Below, in pieces: positions 1-9,466 of a DNA stretch of 52,329 nucleotides. The stretch comes from Bacteroidia bacterium. GTDB taxonomy: Bacteria > Bacteroidota > Bacteroidia > Flavobacteriales > Flavobacteriaceae. Made by a program: the position numbers and the translations under genes. Each line of letters opens with the position of its first letter. Position 1 is the stretch's first letter. Below the pieces are notes generated by a model. It searched no databases. It was not told where the DNA came from and worked only from the letters and a program-made list of their open reading frames with translations. The stretch covers positions 1 to 52,329 of the forward strand of contig JAUIJW010000001.1 of assembly GCA_030431085.1 (NCBI GenBank), written 5' to 3'.

Positions 1-2
1 AA

Positions 3-194
3 ACTTTAACACCCAGAGAAGCAGATGTTGTAAAATTATATTTTGGCCTAGGTGATGCTCACCCCATGACCTTAGAAGAGATTGGTGAAACATTTGACTT
101 AACACGTGAAAGAGTAAGGCAAATCAAAGAGAAAGCAATTAGACGATTAAAACATACTTCAAGAAGTAAAATTTTAAGAACCTATTTAGGTTAG
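3..194 (+). CDS. rpoD: Primary sigma-70 factor (RpoD/SigA), 3' fragment with region 4 HTH; runs in from the left edge
   Basis: Not in ORF track. Manual translation from nt 3: [63 protein letters not shown], with the region 4.2 signature [16 protein letters not shown]; TAG at 192-194. Confidence 0.93.
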   Translation, partial: TLTPREADVVKLYFGLGDAHPMTLEEIGETFDLTRERVRQIKEKAIRRLKHTSRSKILRTYLG

Positions 195-213
195 AAAAGG
201 TTAAAACCTTGAT

Positions 214-241
214 AAAAGCTCGTTATTTTTAACGAGCTTTT
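214..241 (+). terminator. Intrinsic terminator after rpoD
   Basis: Inverted repeat AAAAGCTCGTTA-tttt-TAACGAGCTTTT followed by a T-rich tract. Confidence 0.85.
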
Positions 242-252
242 ATTTTTTGTTT

Positions 253-260
253 TACTTTTG
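253..260 (+). promoter_or_regulatory. Bacteroidota -7 promoter element for rpe
   Basis: TACTTTTG matches TAnnTTTG, 15 nt before the rpe ATG; no clear -33 element. Confidence 0.55.
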
Positions 261-275
261 CAAAAAAAATAAAGC

Positions 276-926
276 ATGGCTCATAAAATAGCACCTTCTG
301 TATTAGCAGCAGATTTTGGAAACTTACAACGTGATGTTGAAATGATTAACGAAAGTGAGGCAGATTGGTTTCATATAGATATTATGGATGGTGTATTTGT
401 ACCCAATATTTCTTTTGGAATGCCAGTTCTTGATGCGATTCAAAAACATGCCAAAAAAACAATAGATGTGCATTTAATGATCGTTGATCCAGATCGGTAT
501 ATAGATACTTTTGCCAAATTAGGAAGTCATATTTTAACGGTGCATTATGAAGCCTGTACTCACTTACATAGAACATTGCAAGCGATAAAAGCTGCAAATA
601 TGAAAGCTGGAGTAGCGCTAAACCCACATACCAATATTAACTTATTAGAGGATGTGATTGAGGATATAGATTTAGTATGCATTATGAGTGTAAATCCAGG
701 TTTTGGAGGGCAGTCGTTTATTGAAAATACTTATCAAAAGGTTAAGGACTTAAAGACCTTAATAAAAAGAAAAAACGCCTCTACTCTTATAGAAATTGAT
801 GGCGGGGTGAGTACTAAAAATGCAAGACAATTAATAGATTGTGGAGCAGATGTATTAGTTGCAGGTAGTTTTGTGTTTAAGAGTGATAACCCTATAGAAA
901 CGATTAGTGATTTAAAGACTGTATAA
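276..926 (+). CDS. rpe: Ribulose-phosphate 3-epimerase
   Basis: IAPSVL, HIDIMDGVFVPN, DVHLM, MSVNPGFGGQ and EIDGG motifs. Confidence 0.97.
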   Translation: MAHKIAPSVLAADFGNLQRDVEMINESEADWFHIDIMDGVFVPNISFGMPVLDAIQKHAKKTIDVHLMIVDPDRYIDTFAKLGSHILTVHYEACTHLHRTLQAIKAANMKAGVALNPHTNINLLEDVIEDIDLVCIMSVNPGFGGQSFIENTYQKVKDLKTLIKRKNASTLIEIDGGVSTKNARQLIDCGADVLVAGSFVFKSDNPIETISDLKTV

Positions 927-1046
927 AATCACATCGCTTAAATTTAACTTTTCTTAATATTTGCCATAAATCTTAACAATTTTACAATAGTAGATATACC
1001 ATAGTTTAATAAATAAATGGGTTATTGCCATCAGATTATCTAAAAC

Positions 1047-1919
1047 GTGATAGACGATTTGAAACGCAATAATTCCAAAAGAAACTTAGATGTGGTGGTA
1101 ATTTCTGATGTTCACTTAGGAACTTATGGTTGTCATGCCAAAGAATTACTAAACTATTTAAAGTCCATCAATCCTAATATTGTGATTCTTAATGGTGATA
1201 TCATAGATATTTGGCAATTCAATAAACGGTACTGGCCAAAGTCTCACATGAAGGTAATTAAACATTTGGTTGGTTGGATATCTCAAAATAAGCAAGTGTA
1301 TTATATTACAGGTAATCACGATGAAATGCTAAGAAAATTTCAAGGGTTTCAAATGGGCTCATTTTATCTAAAGAACAAATTAGTCCTTGAACTTGATGGA
1401 TATAAAAATTGGTTTTTTCATGGCGATGTGTTTGATGTAACTATGAAGCATTCTAAATGGATTACTAAATTAGGTGCTGTTGGATATGACGGACTAATAT
1501 TGGTGAATAGATCGATAAATGGGATATTGAGATTTTTGGGAAGAGATAAAATATCATTATCAAAAAAAGTAAAAGGAAAGGTAAAATCGGCAATACAGTA
1601 TATCAATAACTTTGAGCATACCGTAGCACACATTGCTATTGAAAACAATTTCGACCATGTGATATGCGGTCATATTCATCAACCCGAAATTAAAAGTATC
1701 GAGGTTAAACAAGGAGGTGTGATTTACTTAAACTCTGGAGATTGGATAGAGAACTTAACCGCATTAGAATACTGTAATCAAAAATGGTCGCTGTTTAAGT
1801 ATCATGAAAATTCAGTAGTTAATGAAGAGCCCTGTAGTTTAGAAAAAGACCTTGTCGATCAAAGTAATAAAGAAATATTTACGCAAATATTAGAAGAATT
1901 TAAAATTAGGGTCTCATGA
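1047..1919 (+). CDS. Calcineurin-like metallophosphoesterase, LpxH/PlcP family (PlcP-like phospholipase C candidate)
   Basis: ISDVHLG, GDIID, GNHDE, HGDVFD, CGHIH and YLNSGDWIENLTALE motifs; overlaps the next gene by 4 nt (ATGA). Confidence 0.8.
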   Translation: MIDDLKRNNSKRNLDVVVISDVHLGTYGCHAKELLNYLKSINPNIVILNGDIIDIWQFNKRYWPKSHMKVIKHLVGWISQNKQVYYITGNHDEMLRKFQGFQMGSFYLKNKLVLELDGYKNWFFHGDVFDVTMKHSKWITKLGAVGYDGLILVNRSINGILRFLGRDKISLSKKVKGKVKSAIQYINNFEHTVAHIAIENNFDHVICGHIHQPEIKSIEVKQGGVIYLNSGDWIENLTALEYCNQKWSLFKYHENSVVNEEPCSLEKDLVDQSNKEIFTQILEEFKIRVS

Positions 1920-2932
1920 AAATTTTATATGCAATTCAAGGTACTGGTAACGGGCATGTGAGCAGAGCTAAAGAAATTATTCCTGCATTATTGAATAGAG
2001 CACAGGTGGATGTAATGATTAGCGGTACACAATCTGATATTTCTTTGCCTTATCCAATAAAATATTCATGCAGGGGTTTCAGTTTTATTTTTGGTAAAAA
2101 AGGAGGGGTAGATATTATTAAAACTATAAGGAAAAATAGCATACTTCAAGTTATCAAAGAAATTTATGCCTTACCAGTTAAAAATTATGATTTAGTAATT
2201 AATGATTTTGAGCCTATTTCTGCATGGAGCTGCTATTTTAAGGGTGTTAAAAGTGTTAGCTTAAGTCACCAAAATACACTTTTAGGTAGGGATATTCCTA
2301 AACCAAAACATAGAGATTTTTTTGGACAAATGATATTAAAATATTACGCAAAATGTAAGGTTAACTACGGTTTTCACTTTAAGAAGTATCATAATAATAC
2401 CTATACTCCAATAATCCGAAAAGAGATAAGGCTGCAAAGAAAAATAATATTAGATCATTATACCGTTTATTTACCATCATATTCAGACGAAAAAATCATC
2501 AATGTTTTATCTAAAATAAAAGATGTTAAATGGAAAGTTTTTTCAAAACATGCTAAAAAATACTATCAAAAGCACAATGTTTATATTAGACCTGTAAGTA
2601 GTAAAAAATTTGAAAAAAGTATCGTGTCATGTAAAGGTGTGCTTTGTGGCGCGGGATTTGAAACTCCTGCGGAGGCATTATATTTAAAGAAAAAGCTTCT
2701 GGTTATTCCAATGAAATATCAATATGAACAGCATTTTAACGCTGCTGCACTTAAAGAGCTAGGGGTGCCCGTACTTAAAACTTTGAAAAAAAAGTATGTA
2801 GATGTCATAAAAAATTGGGTACAAGAAGAGCAACAATTTTCATTGGATTTTCCGAATGAAACTCAGCAAATTGTAGATCATATTTTATACGATTATCTCA
2901 ATGAAGAGCAGTTAGAATGGGCAGAGAGTTAG
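1916..2932 (+). CDS. GT-B glycosyltransferase (MJ1255/VC2487-like, GT28-related)
   Basis: N-terminal MKILYAIQGTGNGHVSRA, INDFEP, and C-terminal CGAGFETPAEA...QYEQHFNA nucleotide-sugar-binding motif. Confidence 0.85.
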   Translation: MKILYAIQGTGNGHVSRAKEIIPALLNRAQVDVMISGTQSDISLPYPIKYSCRGFSFIFGKKGGVDIIKTIRKNSILQVIKEIYALPVKNYDLVINDFEPISAWSCYFKGVKSVSLSHQNTLLGRDIPKPKHRDFFGQMILKYYAKCKVNYGFHFKKYHNNTYTPIIRKEIRLQRKIILDHYTVYLPSYSDEKIINVLSKIKDVKWKVFSKHAKKYYQKHNVYIRPVSSKKFEKSIVSCKGVLCGAGFETPAEALYLKKKLLVIPMKYQYEQHFNAAALKELGVPVLKTLKKKYVDVIKNWVQEEQQFSLDFPNETQQIVDHILYDYLNEEQLEWAES

Positions 2933-2940
2933 CCTATTGT

Positions 2941-4641
2941 TTAAGATTCGGGCTCAACATCTTTGAGGTTTAATTGAATTGAAGTATATCCGTTCCAATG
3001 ATTTTCTTCTAATGTAAAAACAGCAGCGAAAGTTTGACCCGTAGTGATATAATCTAATTTGTGGCCTAAACCAAACCCTATAGCTTGATAGGTTTTAGGG
3101 TTAGTACCTTCAATAATATTGAGTTTAAGATGATCTTCATTAGCACCAACTTTTTTGCCATACCCGTTATCTCTTAGACCTCTGGCCATAAATATTGGCT
3201 TCATATTTTTAGGACCAAAAGGAGCAAATTGTTGTAATACTCTAAAAAATTTTGGTGTAATTGATTCTAAACATAACTCGGCATCTATAGTTAAGCTAGG
3301 GGTTAAACATTCTTGAGGAATAGTATCTTTAACTGTCTTTTCAAATAATGTTTTAAAAGCTAAATAGTTTTCTGGTTTAATGGTTAGGCCTGCTGCATAT
3401 TTATGACCACCAAATTGTTCGATAAGTGGGCTACATGTGGCAATGGCATTGTAAATGTCAAAACCATGTACAGATCTAGCCGAAGCGGCCAAGTTAGCGC
3501 CACTTTTTGTAAATACAATAGTAGGGCGGTAATAAGTTTCTATGAGCCGTGAGGCTACTATGCCAATCACGCCCTTATGCCAATGAGGTTTAAATACAAC
3601 TGTTGAGGCATTATTTTCTTCTTGGTTCGATTTAATTAAGGTTAGCGCTTCTTCAGTAATTGTTTGGTCAAGCTCTTTTCTTTCATGGTTAAATTGTTCA
3701 ATGGTTTGCGCCATTGAAAGTGCTTCGTTAAAGTTTTGCTGAGTTAGCAGCTCTACGGCATGCAGCCCATGTTTCATTCGGCCAGCGGCGTTTATCTTTG
3801 GAGCGATCATGAAAACAACATCGGTGATAGATAACTTATCTTTGTTGATAGAATTTATAAGGGCTTGTATACCAACTCTTGGACTGGAGTTGATCACTTC
3901 TAATCCGTGATAGGCCAGTATCCGGTTTTCTCCAGTAATGGGTACTATATCGGCTGCAATAGCAACAGCTACCAGATCTAGAAAAGGCGTGATTTCCGCT
4001 AAAGGGATAGTTCTATTTATGGCCAAGGCTTGTATAAGTTTAAAGCCAATACCACAACCACATAATTCTTTATAGGGGTAATGACAATCCTCTCTTTTGG
4101 GGTCTAATACAGCGACAGCTTCTGGTATTTGAGTCCCAGGCCGGTGATGGTCGCAAATAATAAAATCAATATTTTTATTGCTGGCATATTTAATTTTATC
4201 ACTAGCCTTAATGCCGCAATCTAATGTAATAATCAAAGAAATATCATTATCATCTGCAAAATCGATGCCTTGATAAGAAATTCCATAGCCTTCTTGGTAG
4301 CGATCAGGAATATATGTTGCAATATTATGGCAAAATAAACGCAAAAAAGATGAAAGTAAAGCAACAGAAGTGGTGCCATCTACATCGTAGTCTCCATAAA
4401 TAAGTATGTTTTCTTGGCGGTCAATGGCCAAGTTTATTCGCTTCACGGCCAAATCCATATCTTTCATTAAATAAGGATCGTGTAAATCAGTTAGTTGAGG
4501 TCTAAAAAAGTGTTTTGCTTTATCAAAAGACGTTATTCCTCTTTGTACTAAGATTGTAGCTAAGGCCTTGTCTATCATAAGCTCTTTAGAAATACTTGCG
4601 ACTTGGTTTTTATCATAAGAGTTATTTAGATGCCACTGCAT
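2941..4641 (-). CDS. recJ: ssDNA-specific exonuclease RecJ
   Basis: YGDYDVDG, DCG, DHH, AADIVP, INAAGRM, GVIGIVASR and FGGHKYAAG DHH/DHHA1 motifs. Confidence 0.97.
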   Translation of the reverse strand: MQWHLNNSYDKNQVASISKELMIDKALATILVQRGITSFDKAKHFFRPQLTDLHDPYLMKDMDLAVKRINLAIDRQENILIYGDYDVDGTTSVALLSSFLRLFCHNIATYIPDRYQEGYGISYQGIDFADDNDISLIITLDCGIKASDKIKYASNKNIDFIICDHHRPGTQIPEAVAVLDPKREDCHYPYKELCGCGIGFKLIQALAINRTIPLAEITPFLDLVAVAIAADIVPITGENRILAYHGLEVINSSPRVGIQALINSINKDKLSITDVVFMIAPKINAAGRMKHGLHAVELLTQQNFNEALSMAQTIEQFNHERKELDQTITEEALTLIKSNQEENNASTVVFKPHWHKGVIGIVASRLIETYYRPTIVFTKSGANLAASARSVHGFDIYNAIATCSPLIEQFGGHKYAAGLTIKPENYLAFKTLFEKTVKDTIPQECLTPSLTIDAELCLESITPKFFRVLQQFAPFGPKNMKPIFMARGLRDNGYGKKVGANEDHLKLNIIEGTNPKTYQAIGFGLGHKLDYITTGQTFAAVFTLEENHWNGYTSIQLNLKDVEPES

Positions 4642-4729
4642 AAACTTTATTTTATTATTAATATAATTTTAGTTAAAAAGTTAACGATTTCTAGAATTAA
4701 CAATCAAAAACGCAAAAAAACAATACTAT

Positions 4730-4768
4730 CATGCATTTATATGCAATAAAATTGTAAATTAGTGCAAC
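4730..4768. promoter_or_regulatory. Candidate tandem operator (ARG-box-like) upstream of SusC
   Basis: TGCAT-ttat-ATGCA (4732-4745) and degenerate TGTAA-atta-GTGCA (4753-4766), exactly 21 bp apart. Confidence 0.35.
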
Positions 4769-4798
4769 TAATTCATATTAATTCAAAATTAACTTATC

Positions 4799-7700
4799 AT
4801 GAAACAAAAGCGATTATTTTCTTTTTTCATTGTATTTTCCTTGGCGATAAGTTGCGTGTTTGCTCAAGAAAAAACAGTTACTGGTGAAGTAACTGATATT
4901 TCTGGCACGGCTTTACCAGGTGTAAATATATTGATTAAAGGTACAAGTGATGGTACTTCCACAGACTTTGATGGAAAGTATTCTATTAGAGCCAAAGATG
5001 GCGATGTTCTTATAATATCCTACCTAGGATTTGCGACCAAAGAAGTTACGGTTTCGGGCAATACGCTTGATATTATGCTTGAAGAAGATTCTAATGAGCT
5101 AGATGAGGTGTTAGTGACTGCTTTTGGTATTCAAAAAGAAACGAAAGAATTAGGTTATTCTGTATCTCAGGTAAAAACTGCCGACTTAGATTTATCTGGG
5201 CAAACCAGTGCAGTAGCAGCTTTACAAGGTAGGGTAGCCGGACTTCAAATTAATAGAACTTCAGGTACTGCTGGTGGTGGTGTAGATATTTTAATTAGAG
5301 GAATATCTTCAATGAACCCTGATAGAGATAACCAACCGCTAATTATTGTAGATGGTATAGCTCTAAACAATGATACTTTTTCTGGTGACGTAAGGCCAAG
5401 TTCTGGATCTAATTCACCAAATAGTAGCGAGCAATTTACCTTTTCTAGTAGGGCAAGTGATATCAATCCAGATGATATCGAAAGCTACAACGTGCTAAAA
5501 GGTGCTGCAGCTACTGCCTTATATGGGGTTAGAGCAGCCAACGGTGCTATTGTAATTACCACGAAAAAGGGTAAACAGGGTAAAGCTAGAGTCAACATTA
5601 GTGCTTCTACCACAATTAGAGAAGTTAGAAAAACTCCAGAACTACAAACTACATATAGAGAAGGGTTTAGTGGCGCTCCTAGAACATTATATGATCCAGA
5701 TTCTGATACTGGATTTAATAGAGTGCAAAATGCGACATCATTCTACTCTTGGGGGCCAAAGTATAGTGAAGATTCTTATACCCTTCCAGATGGTACTGTA
5801 GTAGATTTAACCAATGATAAGTTTTACAACCCTTACGATCTTTTTAAAACGGGGGTTAATACTCAAATAAACATGAATATTAGTGGGGCTAACGAAAAAA
5901 TTGATTACTATTTTTCTATGGGTAATAGTAGTGATGAAGGTGTGGTGCCTAATACTAATTATAGTAAAACTACTTTTAGGTTTAAAGGAGGATATAATGT
6001 TACAGATAAATTTAAAATAAACACCTCGGTATCATATACTAATTCTGGAGGAAGTAGAGCCAATAATGGTGATAAATCTGTAATGAGCTCACTATCTTAT
6101 TACTCAGCGACATTTCCAATCAACGACTATCAAAATCCAGACGGATCTCAAAGAAACTATTCATTTGGTATCATTGATAATCCAAGATACTTTGTAGAAA
6201 AAAGTAACTTGAAAGATAATGTAGATCGATGGATTGGTAATGCAACCTTTAATTGGTCTCCGGCAGAATGGATTGATGTAACCTATGCCGCTCAAATTGA
6301 TAATTATGCAGATAGACGTAACAGATTTGTACCACCAGATTTAGATGTAGGTACGCAAGTTGGAGGTTTTATTTTAGATCAAAACATCAATTTTACAGGA
6401 CTTGAATCTAACCTTTTGGTAGTTTTAAAAAAGGATTGGAGTGAAAACTGGAATACCACATTAACTCTAGGTAATCAGGTGTCTGACGCTAAAAGAACGG
6501 CCGCCTTTATAAGAGGTGAAACTTTAAATGTGCCTGGCATCAATGACTTGGCCAATACCATTAATATGTTTGCCGGAAAATCTGTAACACATTTGCGTAA
6601 TGTTGGTTTATTTGGTGAATTTAAAGCTGGTTATAAAAATAAATTGTTCCTCACAGTTACAGGAAGAAATGACTGGGTATCAACTTTACCTAAAGAAAAT
6701 AGATCCTTTTTCTACCCTTCTATAAGTGGTTCTTATGTGTTTACCGAAGATATTTTTAAAGACAGTCAAGTATTTTCATTTGGTAAATTAAGAGCTTCTT
6801 GGGCCGAAGTTGGAAAGGGACCAGGATTTGGGCAAGTAGGTCGCTATTTTATTGCTGATGGAGATTTTCCGTTTGGTGGTACCGGAGGGTATAGGTTAAG
6901 TACCCAACTTGGAGATCCTAACATGTTGCCAGAAAGAAATAGATCTGTAGAGTTTGGAGCAGATTTAAGGTTTTTAAACAATAGAATTAGAGTAGACTAT
7001 GCCTACTATAAAACTAGAGTAAAGGATCAAATATTTGGTGTAGGAACAGCTTACTCTTCTGGTTTGTCTAGAATTGTAAGGAATGCAGGAGATTTTGAAA
7101 CATTTGGGCATGAGTTGCTCATAAGTGCCGATATTGTTAAAACCGAAGGCCTTCACTGGGAACTTATTTGGAATTTTACCACAAGTGAAGGTAAAGTTCT
7201 GGAATTGCCAGAGGACATTGAAAGTATAGTATTTGCCGACGCTGGTTTCGCTGGCGTAACCTCAGAAGTTAAGGAAGGCGACAAAATGGGAACATTATAC
7301 GGTTGGAAATGGCGTTATGAGAACGGTCAACGCTATATAGATGCTAACGGAAAACCTGAAATTGACTTTACTGAAAGACAGGTTGTAGGTAATGCATTTC
7401 CCGATTTTGTAACCTCAATTGGGAGTAATTTAAGTTGGAACAATTTTGCTTTTAACTTTTTAATCGAGTGGAAAGAAGGTGGTGATTTGTACGACGCTGG
7501 CCGAAGAAACTCAATAAGAAATGGTATCTTAAAGTTTACAGAGTTTAGAGATGTGAATACCGTACTTTCTGGTGTAATGGATGATGGTAACGGAGGTTTT
7601 ATTCCTAATACTACAGAAACTTTTATAGATCAAAATTATTATAGAAGTTCTACAGATTATAACAGAGCTTCAGAAATCTTAGTACAGGATGCATCATGGC

Positions 7701-7936
7701 TTAAACTTAGAAATATTAGTTTAACATATGACTTTAATGGTGGTTTTAAGGATCGAATAAAAATAGATAGACTTGCACTTACACTAAGTGCTAACAATAT
7801 CTTGCTTTGGACACCTTATGAAGGTACAGATCCAGAAGGAAATCAATATAGTGCAGGAAGTAATGTTTACGGGTTCGCTGGTTTAAGTGTTCCGATAACA
7901 GAAAGCTATTCATTTGGTGTGAACATAGGATTTTAA
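4799..7936 (+). CDS. SusC/RagA TonB-dependent transporter
   Basis: Signal peptide, CarboxypepD_reg-like N-domain (GTSTDFDGKY), plug motif DINPDDIES..VLKGAAATALYGVRAANGAIVITTK, C-terminal Phe. Confidence 0.96.
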   Translation: MKQKRLFSFFIVFSLAISCVFAQEKTVTGEVTDISGTALPGVNILIKGTSDGTSTDFDGKYSIRAKDGDVLIISYLGFATKEVTVSGNTLDIMLEEDSNELDEVLVTAFGIQKETKELGYSVSQVKTADLDLSGQTSAVAALQGRVAGLQINRTSGTAGGGVDILIRGISSMNPDRDNQPLIIVDGIALNNDTFSGDVRPSSGSNSPNSSEQFTFSSRASDINPDDIESYNVLKGAAATALYGVRAANGAIVITTKKGKQGKARVNISASTTIREVRKTPELQTTYREGFSGAPRTLYDPDSDTGFNRVQNATSFYSWGPKYSEDSYTLPDGTVVDLTNDKFYNPYDLFKTGVNTQINMNISGANEKIDYYFSMGNSSDEGVVPNTNYSKTTFRFKGGYNVTDKFKINTSVSYTNSGGSRANNGDKSVMSSLSYYSATFPINDYQNPDGSQRNYSFGIIDNPRYFVEKSNLKDNVDRWIGNATFNWSPAEWIDVTYAAQIDNYADRRNRFVPPDLDVGTQVGGFILDQNINFTGLESNLLVVLKKDWSENWNTTLTLGNQVSDAKRTAAFIRGETLNVPGINDLANTINMFAGKSVTHLRNVGLFGEFKAGYKNKLFLTVTGRNDWVSTLPKENRSFFYPSISGSYVFTEDIFKDSQVFSFGKLRASWAEVGKGPGFGQVGRYFIADGDFPFGGTGGYRLSTQLGDPNMLPERNRSVEFGADLRFLNNRIRVDYAYYKTRVKDQIFGVGTAYSSGLSRIVRNAGDFETFGHELLISADIVKTEGLHWELIWNFTTSEGKVLELPEDIESIVFADAGFAGVTSEVKEGDKMGTLYGWKWRYENGQRYIDANGKPEIDFTERQVVGNAFPDFVTSIGSNLSWNNFAFNFLIEWKEGGDLYDAGRRNSIRNGILKFTEFRDVNTVLSGVMDDGNGGFIPNTTETFIDQNYYRSSTDYNRASEILVQDASWLKLRNISLTYDFNGGFKDRIKIDRLALTLSANNILLWTPYEGTDPEGNQYSAGSNVYGFAGLSVPITESYSFGVNIGF

Positions 7937-7950
7937 AAAATAGAATAATC

Positions 7951-9432
7951 ATGAAAAAAAATATATTAAAAATAACCACAATGTTGCTGCTAATACTGGC
8001 AGTTACATCATGTAGTGACGAGTACTTCGATGTAAATACCCCTGCGGGTACAGCTACAGAAGAAGAGTTAAGTATGTCTGATTTGTTAGGTCCGGTGATT
8101 CATAGTACCATGGAAGGGCAACGATCAGCAGAAATTGTTTTTGGTAATTATGCTCAAAACTTTGTAGGCCAAGGAGGTACAGCTGCTGGAAGAACTTCTA
8201 TTTCTGGGCTTTGGAGCCAGGTATACCTCTATATATTGCCTAATGTTAAAGTTATTAAAGAAAAAGCTGTAGAGAATAATGCAACCCATTATGCGGCTGT
8301 AGCAGATATTTTAACAGCTATTAATATTGGCATTGCTACAGATTCTTGGGATAATATCCCATATTCAGAAGCAGCCAATGGGCCGATTAATAATTTTCCT
8401 AAATTCGATACACAAGAACAGATTTATCAGAATATATTTAATTTGTTAGATAATGCTATTGCAGCATTACAATCGCCAGACAATTCTGGTTTTACATTAG
8501 GCAAAGAAGATTTGATATACAAAGGTGATATAGATAAATGGTTAAGAGCGGCCTATACGTTGAAAGCTAGATATCAACTACATTTAAGCAAGGTAAACCC
8601 AGCGGCAGCTAGTGATGCATTGGCCACTATTGCTAACGGATTTATATCTAATGATGACGATTTCCAGATGTTTTATGATGAAAAAAACATAAATCCATGG
8701 TATTCAGGAGAAATATTGTCTAGAAATACCGGTAATGTCCATAATGATATTTGTAAACAATTGGTGAGCTCGATGAACGGCGATTATTTCCCGTTTCAAA
8801 ATAGTGCCTTAGATATAGATCCAAGGTTGCCAGTTTTTGCTACCAACAATGGTGCCTCAGAATGGAAAGGTTTTGTAAGTGGGGGAGCTGGTAAAGCTCC
8901 AGACGGTACAGATGCTAATACACAATTTGTAGATGGAGGCTATTATACCAGAATCGATGCTCCTTTAGTGTTAATTACTTATGCTGAAGCCATGTTTATT
9001 AAAGCAGAAGCCTCATTTTTAGCCAACGGAGGTACACCAACTAGCGTAGGTGCCACACCAGAAACATATATGGCCTATATGGAAGGTATATCAGCTAGTA
9101 TGGCAAAATTTGGTGTTGATGGAAGTTTATATATGGCCGATGGAGCCATTGATGTGGGCGAGGCTAATTTAAAATTAAGCCACATTATGAAAGAAAAGTA
9201 CATTCATAATTTCTTAAATCCAGAATCATTTGTTGATTATAGAAGATATGATTTCTCTGATGAAGTATTTGTGGGCTTAGAAATTCGCGAAGAGCAAGAT
9301 GCTGATGACAGCGATTTTGCCGGTCAATGGTTTAGACGAGCAGATTATCCGTCAACAGAGTTGAATAGAAATAGTGAAAATGTGCTGGCCAATCAAAAAG
9401 AACCAGTAGATCCCGTTTGGTGGGATAGATAG
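7951..9432 (+). CDS. SusD/RagB lipoprotein (SusD-like_2 type)
   Basis: Lipobox AVTSC, WDNIPYSEA..G...PKFD.QE.IY, DLIYKGD..KW..AAYTLKAR, C-terminal VWWD; directly after SusC. Confidence 0.93.
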   Translation: MKKNILKITTMLLLILAVTSCSDEYFDVNTPAGTATEEELSMSDLLGPVIHSTMEGQRSAEIVFGNYAQNFVGQGGTAAGRTSISGLWSQVYLYILPNVKVIKEKAVENNATHYAAVADILTAINIGIATDSWDNIPYSEAANGPINNFPKFDTQEQIYQNIFNLLDNAIAALQSPDNSGFTLGKEDLIYKGDIDKWLRAAYTLKARYQLHLSKVNPAAASDALATIANGFISNDDDFQMFYDEKNINPWYSGEILSRNTGNVHNDICKQLVSSMNGDYFPFQNSALDIDPRLPVFATNNGASEWKGFVSGGAGKAPDGTDANTQFVDGGYYTRIDAPLVLITYAEAMFIKAEASFLANGGTPTSVGATPETYMAYMEGISASMAKFGVDGSLYMADGAIDVGEANLKLSHIMKEKYIHNFLNPESFVDYRRYDFSDEVFVGLEIREEQDADDSDFAGQWFRRADYPSTELNRNSENVLANQKEPVDPVWWDR

Positions 9433-9437
9433 TATAC

Positions 9438-9466
9438 AAAAAGGCTGCTATTGAGCAGCCTTTTTT
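9438..9466. terminator. Bidirectional intrinsic terminator between SusD and the convergent fdhF/ydeP-like gene
   Basis: AAAAAGGCTGCT-attg-AGCAGCCTTTTT; overlaps the last codons of the minus-strand gene. Confidence 0.88.
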
